Below, piece by piece: positions 49,736 through 59,099 of a stretch of 64,000 nt of DNA. Position 1 is the stretch's first letter, and the number at the start of each line of letters is the position of its first letter. The notes beneath the pieces were generated by a model. That model searched no databases. It was not told where the DNA came from and saw only the letters and a program-made list of their open reading frames with translations. Position numbers and translations under genes: made by a program. Origin of the DNA: Dehalococcoidia bacterium (GTDB lineage: Bacteria; Chloroflexota; Dehalococcoidia; Plut-88900); assembly GCA_965197645.1 (NCBI GenBank), contig OZ240219.1, forward strand, positions 3,104,001 to 3,168,000, in the 5' to 3' direction.

Positions 49736-50281
49736 TTACGTGCTTAGCTCCATCTTGCCGTTGGCGAAGTGGCGGGTCTTGAGATAGGAAAACCTGGCCA
49801 TGGGCACCGAAATGTCGTCTGGGCAGTGCAGGGCCAGCTCCTCGAAGAAACGGCTGAAGAACACGAAGGCTTCGTGGGCCCCCAGATCGGACTCGGAATA
49901 CAGAAGGATAGGCTTGGAGCCCACGACTGTTTTCAGCTCCTCTTCGATCCGTGGAGCGGGACTGCCGCAGGTCCACAGGGCCAACAGCTGGACTGACCGA
50001 TTATCCAGGACGGTATCCAGGTAGGCATGCAGCAAAGCGGAGTCTTCAACGTCCGGCCCCGGGCCTTGGCCACCGATGAGCAGGCAGTTGAAGGTATGGG
50101 ACTCGAGTAGTGGGGCTAGGGTCTCGGGTGAGGTGGGCTTCAACACACCGTCCCCCTCGACTCGGACCTTTCGCAGCTTCATCGAGCGGAATATCCGCGC
50201 CGACGTCTTGTGCTCCCATCCCCCCAGGTTCTGGGTCGCGTCCACCACCAGCACCCGGGGAGCTCCACTACTAGATGTCAT
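49736..50281 (-). CDS. Hypothetical protein (181 aa)
   Basis: Co-oriented just after aroKB; alpha/beta pattern. Confidence 0.7.
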   Translation of the reverse strand: MTSSSGAPRVLVVDATQNLGGWEHKTSARIFRSMKLRKVRVEGDGVLKPTSPETLAPLLESHTFNCLLIGGQGPGPDVEDSALLHAYLDTVLDNRSVQLLALWTCGSPAPRIEEELKTVVGSKPILLYSESDLGAHEAFVFFSRFFEELALHCPDDISVPMARFSYLKTRHFANGKMELST

Positions 50282-50296
50282 TGGACAGCTCGCCTA

Positions 50297-52012
50297 CTAC
50301 GCCGCCCGCCTCAGCTTGGCGAGGACGTCTCGGACCAGCTCCAACGGCACGTCATCCCGTATGACAGTCTCTCCTATTCCCTGGACAAGCACCCACCTTA
50401 GCGTTTTTCCTCTCACCTTCTTGTCCAGGGTCATCCCTTGGAGTAGCCGGTCTACGCTTACGTCGGGCAGTGAGGTGGGAAGCCGGTACTTCTTCAGCAG
50501 GTTTTCCAGCCGCTCAACCTGCTGGTGGGGCAGGCCCGCAACCCTGTGACTGATGATAGCCGCCCCCATCATGCCGACGGCGACGGCTTCTCCGTGAAGG
50601 TACTGACCGTACCCGGTGGCCGCTTCCAGGCTGTGACCGATGGTATGGCCAAAGTTAAGGATCATCCTCAGGTCGGACTCTCGCTCGTCCTTGCTGACTA
50701 CCTTTCCTTTGAGGGCCGCGCTCCGCATGACCACCTCGGTGGTCCTTTCCCGCTCCAGCCCGCTGATCCGCTGGTGGTCCTGCTCCAACAGGTGCAACAG
50801 CTCCGGGTCCATAATCACGCCGTGCTTGATGGTCTCAGCCCAACCGGAGGTCAGCTCTCGGGCCGGGAGGCTGGAGAGAAGCCCCACGTCGGCGAGCATC
50901 ATCTTGGGCTGATAGAAAGCGCCGATCAGGTTCTTGCCCTGGGGGTGATTGATGGCAACCTTGCCGCCGATGGCCGAGTCGGTCATGGCGACCAGTGTTG
51001 TAGGCACCTGGACAAGATTGATCCCTCGGAGATAGGTGGCGGCGGCGTACCCAGCGAGATCGCCCACTACGCCGCCTCCCATGGCGACGATGGTGCTGCC
51101 CCTCTCAATCCGGTGCTCGACCAGCCAGTCATAGATCTTCCACAGCTCGTCATGGGACTTGCTGCCCTCGCCTGAGGGAACGGAAAGGGAGAGCGCCTGG
51201 AAGCCGGCTTCTCTCAGCGACTCTTGCACTCCATCGTTGTGCAGCGCCATTACCTTCTCGTCACCGATGATTGCCGCCGTGCCTTTCATGCCCAACTCTC
51301 GCATGCGGCGTCCCAACTGGTCCAGAATCCCCCAACCGACGAACACCGGGTACTTGGCGGACGCGGTATCGACCGCGAAGGCCGCTCCCATCTCATCGCC
51401 GTACGGGGCATCGGACTGACAACCCTTCAGCGATGGAGGGGGGAACACGGGCCACTTTTCGGAGGGCCGTTCAAACCTCCGATTGGCGTACCCAACCCCC
51501 TTGACAACCTCATCGATAATCTCCTCAGTGGTGAGGTCGTCCGTGTGGACTGTCCAGTCGGCCATGCCATAGAAGGGATGGCGATACTCTTTCAGGGCCT
51601 CGATGCGTTTGAGAGGGTCCTCGCCCGCCAGTAGCGGTCGCTCTCTGGCTGAGCCGCCGTTGGTGATGTGCCGGCGGAGCCGACCGAACACGGTGGCGGG
51701 CTTGGCTTCCAGGCAGATCACAGCGCCGCTGCCCATCATCAGGTTTCGATTATGGGGGTCCAGTACCACTCCTCCACCCGTGGAAACCACCAGATTGCCC
51801 CTCTGGCAAACATCCTCCAGAACGGCCCGTTCCCAGGCGCGAAACCGTCCTTCGCCTTCGTTGGCGAAGATCTCGGGAATGGGGCGGCCCGCCCGGGAAA
51901 CGATCTCGTCGTCCGTGTCAACGAACTGGCGTTTCATGAGACGGGCCAGCCGTCGTCCCACAACCGACTTGCCGGTGCCCGAAAACCCTATGAGGAAAAC
52001 GTTATGCGACAT
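50297..52012 (-). CDS. aroKB: Fused shikimate kinase / 3-dehydroquinate synthase (AroK-AroB)
   Basis: GFSGTGKS, STGGG, RPLL; then GGGVVGDLAG, PTTL, GGKVAIN..GKNLIGAF, LNFGHT.GH. Confidence 0.93.
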   Translation of the reverse strand: MSHNVFLIGFSGTGKSVVGRRLARLMKRQFVDTDDEIVSRAGRPIPEIFANEGEGRFRAWERAVLEDVCQRGNLVVSTGGGVVLDPHNRNLMMGSGAVICLEAKPATVFGRLRRHITNGGSARERPLLAGEDPLKRIEALKEYRHPFYGMADWTVHTDDLTTEEIIDEVVKGVGYANRRFERPSEKWPVFPPPSLKGCQSDAPYGDEMGAAFAVDTASAKYPVFVGWGILDQLGRRMRELGMKGTAAIIGDEKVMALHNDGVQESLREAGFQALSLSVPSGEGSKSHDELWKIYDWLVEHRIERGSTIVAMGGGVVGDLAGYAAATYLRGINLVQVPTTLVAMTDSAIGGKVAINHPQGKNLIGAFYQPKMMLADVGLLSSLPARELTSGWAETIKHGVIMDPELLHLLEQDHQRISGLERERTTEVVMRSAALKGKVVSKDERESDLRMILNFGHTIGHSLEAATGYGQYLHGEAVAVGMMGAAIISHRVAGLPHQQVERLENLLKKYRLPTSLPDVSVDRLLQGMTLDKKVRGKTLRWVLVQGIGETVIRDDVPLELVRDVLAKLRRAA

Positions 52013-52106
52013 CCCTTTCAGTCTACCCGTCCTCCACCGACTCAAGCCACCCTAGTCCACTGTTCGCACGCGAACCCGGCTCTCGACAGGGGCCCAGATA
52101 CGTCAG

Positions 52107-53273
52107 CTAGGGGCGCTGAAAGACCGTTTTCAAAAAGCCCTGGTAGTTGCGCCGTGTCTCCTCCAGGTGATCGCCCCCGAACTTCTCCAGGAAGGCATCG
52201 GCCAGAACGATGGCCAGCATAGCCTCGCCGATGATGCCGGCTGGCGGAACCTGGCACACGTCGCTGCGCTCGTAATGGGCCTGTATCTTCTCACCGGTGT
52301 CCAGATCGACGGACGGTAGGGGATTGGCCAGAGTCGAGATCGGTTTTACCGCCACGCTAACCACCACATCCTCGCCGTTGGTCATGCCGCCCTCCATCCC
52401 TCCAGCGTGGTTGCTTGCCCGCTTCCACGCCCTCTCCTTGGAGCCGTCGAAAGGCTCGATAACGTCGTGGACCTGGGAGCCCGATAGGGTGGTGGAATGA
52501 AATCCGGCGCCAATCTCGACACCCTTCATGGCGTTGATGCTCATCATCGCCTGGGCTATCCGTCCGTCCAACTTTCGGTCCCAGTGGACGTGGCTGCCCA
52601 GACCCACTGGAACGCCGGTGGCGACTACTTGAAATACACCCCCTGCCGTGTCTCCCGCCTCCTTCGCCGCGTCGATGGCCGCCATCATCTTTTGCTCCGC
52701 CTCAGGGTCGGCGCACCTCACCGGCGATTCCTCCACCTTCTCCCAGTCGATGGGGCCGCATTGCCTGGCAACGTGCTCGCCGATGGATACCGTAGAGCTG
52801 TGTATGTTGATCCCGAACTCCTCGAGGAGCCGGCGGCACACTGAGCCTGCCGCGACCCGCGCCGCGGTCTCACGGGCGCTGGCACGCTCCAGGATGTTTC
52901 GCACGTCTCTCTGGCCGTACTTGAGCACGCCCGGCATGTCCGCATGCCCGGGGCGGAGGCGGGTTACACGTTTGGCCTCCTGCTCTACGGCCTCTATGCT
53001 CATCACCTCGGTCCAGTTTTCCCAGTCCCTGTTCTGAATCCAGAGGCTGATGGGGCTGCCGAGGGTTGTGCCGTGACGAACGCCCCCGAATATCTGGGCC
53101 CGGTCCCTTTCGATCTTCATCCTGCCGCCCCGCCCGTAGCCCTTCTGACGGCGCGAGAGATCCCGGGCGATGTAGTCTTCGGCCAGGCGTAAGCCCGCAG
53201 GCACGCCCTCCACTATCACGGTCAAGCCTGGGCCGTGGGATTCGCCCGCGGTGAGGTACCTCAGGTTTCCCAT
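52107..53273 (-). CDS. aroC: Chorismate synthase
   Basis: TAGESHG, RPGHAD, ERASARET, ERSD. Confidence 0.97.
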   Translation of the reverse strand: MGNLRYLTAGESHGPGLTVIVEGVPAGLRLAEDYIARDLSRRQKGYGRGGRMKIERDRAQIFGGVRHGTTLGSPISLWIQNRDWENWTEVMSIEAVEQEAKRVTRLRPGHADMPGVLKYGQRDVRNILERASARETAARVAAGSVCRRLLEEFGINIHSSTVSIGEHVARQCGPIDWEKVEESPVRCADPEAEQKMMAAIDAAKEAGDTAGGVFQVVATGVPVGLGSHVHWDRKLDGRIAQAMMSINAMKGVEIGAGFHSTTLSGSQVHDVIEPFDGSKERAWKRASNHAGGMEGGMTNGEDVVVSVAVKPISTLANPLPSVDLDTGEKIQAHYERSDVCQVPPAGIIGEAMLAIVLADAFLEKFGGDHLEETRRNYQGFLKTVFQRP

Positions 53274-54109
53274 CAGGCCAGCGCCTCTTTGGCAGCCTCG
53301 AACATCACTTGGACCGGGGCATCCACGCCGGTCCACAGACGAAACGCCTCAGCGCCCTGGTAGACCAGCATTGGGAGTCCGCCCACAGTCCTGGCGCCCC
53401 TCTCTCTAGCGGCTTCGATGAGCCGGGTCTCCGAAGGATTATATACCAAGTCATATACCAAGGCCCCCGCACGAATCAGGTCGTCAGCGATGGGCAGCAT
53501 CCCCTCCGTTTCGCTGTGCCTGGTCCCGATGGAAGTGCAATTGACCAGCAGGTCGTAGCGGGTGTCTTGTTCAAGCCGCCCCGAGGCCTCCAGAGAGACG
53601 TCTTTGAAGGCTGCCCGAAGATCCCTCGCCAAGCTCCGGGCCCTCTCCGGTGTCCTGTTGACAATGGCCAGGAACGATACTTCCGCCGCCGCCAGCGAGT
53701 AGGCCACAGCCCTGGCGGCGCCTCCGGCGCCGATCACCACCACCCTTGTTCCTCTCGGCTCGAAGGCGCCGTCCTCGCACAGGCCCCGCATGAAGCCGGG
53801 AGCATCGGTATTGAAGCCTTTGAGCCGTCCCCTTTGATTCACTATCGTGTTGACCCCTCCGATCGCGCTGGCAACCTGATCCAGCTCATCGAGGAGCGGG
53901 ATGATCGACTCCTTGTGGGGGATGGTCACATTGGCGCCCATCACCTCATCGCTGCGAAGCTGCTCCACCCTATTCGGGAGGTCCTGGGGGGTGGTGGGCC
54001 AGGAGTCGTATCGAGCGTCTATGCCCAGGTGGTCCAGGGCTGCCTGCTGAAAAGCCGGGGATATGGAGTGGGCCAAAGGGTAGCCCAATATGCCGAGTTG
54101 TTTGGTCAA
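53273..54109 (-). CDS. aroE: Shikimate dehydrogenase
   Basis: HSISP, NVTIPHK, NTD, GAGGAA, DLVYNP. Confidence 0.95.
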   Translation of the reverse strand: MTKQLGILGYPLAHSISPAFQQAALDHLGIDARYDSWPTTPQDLPNRVEQLRSDEVMGANVTIPHKESIIPLLDELDQVASAIGGVNTIVNQRGRLKGFNTDAPGFMRGLCEDGAFEPRGTRVVVIGAGGAARAVAYSLAAAEVSFLAIVNRTPERARSLARDLRAAFKDVSLEASGRLEQDTRYDLLVNCTSIGTRHSETEGMLPIADDLIRAGALVYDLVYNPSETRLIEAARERGARTVGGLPMLVYQGAEAFRLWTGVDAPVQVMFEAAKEALA

Positions 54110-54127
54110 GAGAGAACGCTCGCCCCG

Positions 54128-54586
54128 TTACTCCCTCGGCGTCAAAGGAAGGGGGGCCTGTCGGTTCCTGCCGTCCAGGTACTGTTGCAGTATCACAGCA
54201 GCCGCAGCGGCATCTCTCAGGTCTTTACGGCGAGTTTTTGGGACGCCGGCTTGACGCATCATCTCGCCGGCCTCGAAGGTGGAATAGCTCTCGTCCCAGG
54301 TGACGACGGGAACGGTGAGCATAGCCTCTAGCTCGGATAGGAAATCTCGGACTTTTTGCGCCTGGGGCCCGATGTGACCGTCGAGGGATACCGGCAGTCC
54401 CACCACCATCTGTCCCACCCGGTGTTCTCCAACGAGCTCGACGATACGCCGGATAGCCCGGTCTCGGGTCTTGACTCTGATGGTGTCCAATGGGGAGGCT
54501 AAGGTGCCTGTTGCATCGCTCAGGGCGACGCCAATGCGGGCGTCTCCCACGTCCAGCGACAGCGTTCTTCCTACCCCGCTCTCCAT
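54128..54586 (-). CDS. ruvX: Holliday junction resolvase-like RuvX/YqgF
   Basis: LDVGDARIGVALSD, VVGLP, WDE..ST, AA.ILQ.YLD; after alaS. Confidence 0.92.
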   Translation of the reverse strand: MESGVGRTLSLDVGDARIGVALSDATGTLASPLDTIRVKTRDRAIRRIVELVGEHRVGQMVVGLPVSLDGHIGPQAQKVRDFLSELEAMLTVPVVTWDESYSTFEAGEMMRQAGVPKTRRKDLRDAAAAAVILQQYLDGRNRQAPLPLTPRE

Positions 54587-54594
54587 GCCCGCCT

Positions 54595-57228
54595 TTAGCA
54601 CTTTCCGCCCCTGATGGCCGGCAGTACGGCTTCCAGGGCCTGGCCTATCTTCGATGGGTCCTTGCCCCCAGCCTGGGCCAACTCCGGCCGTCCACCCCCA
54701 CCGCCGCCCGTAGCAGCCGCCACCTGCTTGGCGATGTTGCCGGCGTGAATGCCCCTGTCCACCAGGTCCGGCGTAACCATGGTCACGAACATTGGACGCT
54801 GATTGATTATCGATGCAAGCACTATCACCACGCTGTTCAACCGGTCCTTCAGAAGGTCGCCCATCTCTCGCATAGATTCCACGTTTGGTGCCTTGACGCG
54901 GGCCGCCACCAGGCTGACTCCATCGACCTGCTGCACCTGCCCGACAAGCTCTTCGGCCTCTTGGCGTGCCAGGCCGCGCTCCAGGTTGCCGGCCCGTTTT
55001 CTCTCGGATTCCAGGTCCTCAGATAGGGCGGCGATTCTTTCCGGCAGCTCGGCGGGTGTGGTGTTCAGGTCTCGAGCTAGTGAGTCTACGATGTCGAACC
55101 TTTCGGCCACCATCTCCTGGGCCACTACCCCGGTTACCGCCTCGATCCTTCTTAAGCCCGAGCCTATGCTGCCCTCGTCGACGACCTGCAAGTACCATAC
55201 CTCGCCGGTGTAAGCGACGTGAGTGCCGCCGCACACCTCGTAGCTAAACGGATCCTCGTTACCCATCTCGACCACCCGCACTGTTTCCCCGTACTTGTCA
55301 CCGAAGAAGGCCAGCGCTCCGGAGGCGACAGCGTCGGCGTAGCGCATCTCGTCGATGCTCACCGCCAGGTCCGCCCGTACCTGCTCATTGGTCAGCTTCT
55401 TGACATCGGTTAGCTCGGCGCTGCTCAGACCGACGGGATGGGTAAAGTCGAACCGGAGCCGGTTTGGGGTCACCAGCGAGCCGCCCTGTCGCACGTGCTC
55501 ACCCAGCACTTTTCGGAGCGCGGCGTGAAGAAGATGGGTGCCGGTGTGGTTCCGGGTCGCATCCCTGCGATGGGTTGGGTCCACTCGCATCGACACCGGA
55601 TCGCCGATGGCGATGATACCGTTCTTGACCGATCCCTTGTGGGTGATCAGGCCCGGCATAGTCAGCTGGGTATCCTCCACCCCAAGCAGTCCCTGGGGGC
55701 CGTTTACGTCGCCCCTGTCTCCGACCTGTCCCCCGCCCTCCGAATAGAAAGGCGTTTCCACGGTTATGACCTCGGCCTCGTCCCCCTCCGATGCCCTCTC
55801 AACCGATCGGCCTTCCACCAGCAGCCCGACTACTACCGATTCGCCTTGGATGGCCTCGTAGCCGGTGAAGCGGGTAGCGCCGAGACCGAGAGACCCGTAG
55901 GTCTCTCCCTCGGTCAGGTGGGCCTTGAAGGTCTGGGCGGCGCGGCCTCGTTGCCGCTGGCTCTCCATCTCTTGTCGGAAGCCGTCAGCGTCCACCGAGA
56001 ATCCCTGCTCCTTCGCCACCTCTTCAGTCAACTCGGCGGGAAAACCGTAGGTATCGTACAGCCGGAACGCGTCGGCGCCCGAGACCACCGAGACCTTGTT
56101 CCTGGCGGCCTCAGCTGTAATATCGTCCAGGAGACTCAAACCGGCTTCCAGGGTGTGGTGAAATCGGGACTCTTCGTTTTCGATGACTTTCAGAATGAAC
56201 TGCCGGTTCTGCACCAGCTCCGGATAGACGGCGCCCATCTTCTGCATAACCGTTTGGGCGATCTCAGGCAGGACAGGCTCCTCGACTCCGAGCTTGCGGG
56301 CGAAGGTCACAGCCCTGCGTAGAATGCGGCGCAGCACGTATCCCCGCCCCTCGTTGCTGGGCACCACTCCGTCGGCGATGAGGAATGTGATGCTGCGTCC
56401 GTGCTCGGCGAGTACCCTCATGGCCGGATCGGTCTCGTCAGATTCGCCGTAGGTCTTCCCCGTGAGCCGGGAGACGGACTCCATGATCTCCTTGAAGGGG
56501 TCGGCCTCGTAGACGTTGGTAACACCCTGGAGAATTGCGGCCGTCCGCTCGACTCCCATCCCGGTATCTATGTTCCCGTTCGGGAGCAGGGTGCGGTTCC
56601 CCTCTCTGTCCTGGTAGTACTCAGTGAGCACCAGGTTCCAGTACTCGGTGAAGCGGTTGCAGTCGCACGCCGGTCCACAATCGGGCTTGTCGCAGGCGTA
56701 CTCCTCTCCGAAGTCGTAGTAGAGCTCGGTGCAAGGGCCGCAGGGGCCTTCGTCTCCGGGCGGGCCCCACCAATTCTCCGCTTCGTCGTACCGGACTATC
56801 CGCTCAGCGGGCACGCCCATGTCCAGCCAGTATTGATGGGACTCGTCGTCGTCCAGGAATACCGACGCCCATATCCGTTCCGGGGGTATCTTCAGCCTTT
56901 CGATGGAGAACTCCCAGGCCCACTCGATGGCCTCTTTCTTGAAGTAGTCCGCTACGCTGAAGTTCCCCAGCATCTCGAAGAAGGTGAGGTGATCGGCATC
57001 GCCTACACTATCGATGTCCGTGGCGCGGAAGCATTTCTGGCAGGAGGCGAGGCGGGGTGCGGGTGGAACGGCATCCCCGGTGAAGAAGGGCTTGATCTGG
57101 ACCACACCGGCGCTGGTCAGGAGCAGGGTTGGGTCGCCGATGGGAATCAGCGATGAGCTGGGCAGCACCACGTGCTTCTTGGACTCGAAGAATCTGAGGT
57201 ATTCGTTTCGCAGCTCGTCGCTGTTCAA
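54595..57228 (-). CDS. alaS: Alanine--tRNA ligase
   Basis: HLTFFEMLGNFS, IDTGMGVER, NHTGTHLLH, CGGTHV, GGGGG DHHA1 tail. Confidence 0.98.
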   Translation of the reverse strand: MNSDELRNEYLRFFESKKHVVLPSSSLIPIGDPTLLLTSAGVVQIKPFFTGDAVPPAPRLASCQKCFRATDIDSVGDADHLTFFEMLGNFSVADYFKKEAIEWAWEFSIERLKIPPERIWASVFLDDDESHQYWLDMGVPAERIVRYDEAENWWGPPGDEGPCGPCTELYYDFGEEYACDKPDCGPACDCNRFTEYWNLVLTEYYQDREGNRTLLPNGNIDTGMGVERTAAILQGVTNVYEADPFKEIMESVSRLTGKTYGESDETDPAMRVLAEHGRSITFLIADGVVPSNEGRGYVLRRILRRAVTFARKLGVEEPVLPEIAQTVMQKMGAVYPELVQNRQFILKVIENEESRFHHTLEAGLSLLDDITAEAARNKVSVVSGADAFRLYDTYGFPAELTEEVAKEQGFSVDADGFRQEMESQRQRGRAAQTFKAHLTEGETYGSLGLGATRFTGYEAIQGESVVVGLLVEGRSVERASEGDEAEVITVETPFYSEGGGQVGDRGDVNGPQGLLGVEDTQLTMPGLITHKGSVKNGIIAIGDPVSMRVDPTHRRDATRNHTGTHLLHAALRKVLGEHVRQGGSLVTPNRLRFDFTHPVGLSSAELTDVKKLTNEQVRADLAVSIDEMRYADAVASGALAFFGDKYGETVRVVEMGNEDPFSYEVCGGTHVAYTGEVWYLQVVDEGSIGSGLRRIEAVTGVVAQEMVAERFDIVDSLARDLNTTPAELPERIAALSEDLESERKRAGNLERGLARQEAEELVGQVQQVDGVSLVAARVKAPNVESMREMGDLLKDRLNSVVIVLASIINQRPMFVTMVTPDLVDRGIHAGNIAKQVAAATGGGGGGRPELAQAGGKDPSKIGQALEAVLPAIRGGKC

Positions 57229-57291
57229 TGGGGCACCCGGTTGAAAATTGTAACAATATAGGGCTTACCCGTACGGTAGCCCTTCATGTCG

Positions 57292-57320
57292 ATTTTATGG
57301 AAACTTACGCACACTGTCAA
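57292..57320 (-). promoter_or_regulatory. Sigma70 promoter of alaS operon
   Basis: Minus strand TTGACA-17nt-TAAAAT. Confidence 0.7.
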
Positions 57321-57341
57321 CGCAGGGGAACCCGTCTCACG

Positions 57342-57371
57342 TTGACACTTTCGAAGGGTGTCTGGTAGTCT
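57342..57371 (+). promoter_or_regulatory. Sigma70 promoter upstream of otsA leader
   Basis: TTGACA-18nt-TAGTCT with TG extension. Confidence 0.55.
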
Positions 57372-57376
57372 GGATT

Positions 57377-57565
57377 TATCGGGCCATTCCTCCTCTAGAA
57401 CCGATGCCCGACAGGAGCGGCGCCGGGACGTGGTGGTGCAGCCAGACCACCGGGCCGAGAGCTTGAACACCAGTTTCGAGACCTACCGAAACTCCCCATG
57501 TTCATGTTCCCCGGCTTCGCCGTGAACCAGTCCCGCGGAACGAGGACCAAAGTAGGTGGGAGCGT
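57377..57565 (+). ncRNA. Candidate structured leader RNA upstream of otsA
   Basis: Five nested or adjacent stems plus a 6-nt loop complement (ACCTAC 57481-86 / GTAGGT 57552-57). Confidence 0.45.
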
Positions 57566-57572
57566 TAGCCAA

Positions 57573-59099
57573 GTGCCAGTTTCATACTCCGACAAAGCGG
57601 TACGGCAGGACTCTCTTTCAGCTGTCTGCGAGCGGCTCCTGGACCTGCGCAACTTGGTCCTGGTGAGCAACCGGGGACCAGTCGAGTACTATCTGGACGC
57701 CGATGGCGAACCCCTGGCGAGGCGCGGCGCGGGCGGGTTGGTGACGGCGCTGGACCTCCTGTGCCGGTACGAAGGCCTCACCTGGATAGCCAGCGCCATT
57801 GGGGAGGGAGACCGGCGCGTGGGCGAGGAGGCGACGTGGGGAAGAATAAAGTCTCCTCTGTCTGGTCACAAGCTCAGTATCCGGTTCATAAACTCCTCCC
57901 GCCAGACGTATCACCAGTACTACAACGTGATCTGCAATCCACTGCTCTGGTTCCTCCAGCATTACATGTGGAACACTCCCTACGCGCCCAACGTTGACCT
58001 CGCGGTGCAGGAAGCCTGGGACAATGGATACGTCGCCATGAACCGGGCATTTTCAGACGCGGTGGTCGAAGAGGCCAAGGGCTCGGAGCGAGCGCCCGTG
58101 GTGATGCTGCAGGACTATCATCTGTACCTGGCAGGGCGGTTCATCCGTGAGGAGCTGCCCGACGTGGTCCTCCAGCACTTCACCCACATCCCCTGGCCCA
58201 ACGCCGACTACTGGCCGCTGCTCCCCGCCAAGATGAGACGGGAGATATGCGAAGGCATGTGCGCCGTCGATTTTGTTGGTCTGCAGACGCCCCGGGACGT
58301 GCGCAACTTCCTGGAGACCTGTGAGGACTTCCTGCCGGGCACCACCGTCGACTACACAGGCCAGACGGTACAGTACGACGGACGGACCACCAGCGTCAGA
58401 GCCTATCCCGCTTCGATCAGCGTCAAGGACTTGAGGAATACAGCGGAGTCGGTCCGAGTACGGGACTACGAGCAGCAGCTAAGGCCCCACTTCGGAGAGA
58501 AGACCATCGTACGGGTGGACAGGATTGATCCCAGCAAGAACATCCTGCGAGGCTTCCAGGCTTTCGAAACCTTGCTGGAACGCCACCCTCAGTTCAGAGG
58601 TGTAGTGAATTTTGTCGCCTTCCTGGTGCCCTCTCGGTCCGACATAGCGCAGTACGAACGGTACACAGACGAGGTCCACGCCCTGGCAGGGCGAATCAAC
58701 GGGAAGTACAGCACCGAAAAGTGGCAACCGATCACCATCTACTACGAAAACAACTATACTCAGGCCATCGCCGCCATGCGGCTCTACGACGTCCTCATGG
58801 TCAACTCGGTTATCGATGGCATGAATCTGGTGGCCAAAGAGGGTCCGATTGTTAACCGGAAGGACGGGGTACTGGTGTTGTCCGAGGGCGCGGGCGCACA
58901 TCAACAGCTCTCGGAGGGAGCGCTCTCCGTGGCCCCGGCCGATCTGGAAGGCACGGCCCAGGCGTTGCATACCGCTCTCACCATGTCACCGGAAAAGAGG
59001 AGAGAACGAGCGGAGACGTTGGTTTCGTCCATAGAGAAGGCAGACGCGGACGACTGGCTCTACCAGCAGCTCCGCGACGTATATGAGGTTCTTGAATAA
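57573..59099 (+). CDS. otsA: Trehalose-6-phosphate synthase (GT20)
   Basis: VSNRGP, GGLVTAL, QDYHL, FTHIPWP, RVDRIDPSK, DGMNLVAKE; start uncertain (ORF open from 57498; GTG 57573 follows GGGAG). Confidence 0.9.
   Translation: MPVSYSDKAVRQDSLSAVCERLLDLRNLVLVSNRGPVEYYLDADGEPLARRGAGGLVTALDLLCRYEGLTWIASAIGEGDRRVGEEATWGRIKSPLSGHKLSIRFINSSRQTYHQYYNVICNPLLWFLQHYMWNTPYAPNVDLAVQEAWDNGYVAMNRAFSDAVVEEAKGSERAPVVMLQDYHLYLAGRFIREELPDVVLQHFTHIPWPNADYWPLLPAKMRREICEGMCAVDFVGLQTPRDVRNFLETCEDFLPGTTVDYTGQTVQYDGRTTSVRAYPASISVKDLRNTAESVRVRDYEQQLRPHFGEKTIVRVDRIDPSKNILRGFQAFETLLERHPQFRGVVNFVAFLVPSRSDIAQYERYTDEVHALAGRINGKYSTEKWQPITIYYENNYTQAIAAMRLYDVLMVNSVIDGMNLVAKEGPIVNRKDGVLVLSEGAGAHQQLSEGALSVAPADLEGTAQALHTALTMSPEKRRERAETLVSSIEKADADDWLYQQLRDVYEVLE

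Noticed and set aside
57229-57300. T-box leader for alaS (also checked valS and aspS)
   Set aside because: No GGTGGNACC T-box sequence was seen, and the alaS and valS leaders defined by the promoters are too short.
57377-57565. otsA leader as a c-di-AMP (ydaO) or TPP riboswitch
   Set aside because: It lacks GAAUCC/GGGG.UAAU/CAGCUAAC and CUGAGA/CUGAU hallmarks; kept only as an unclassified candidate.
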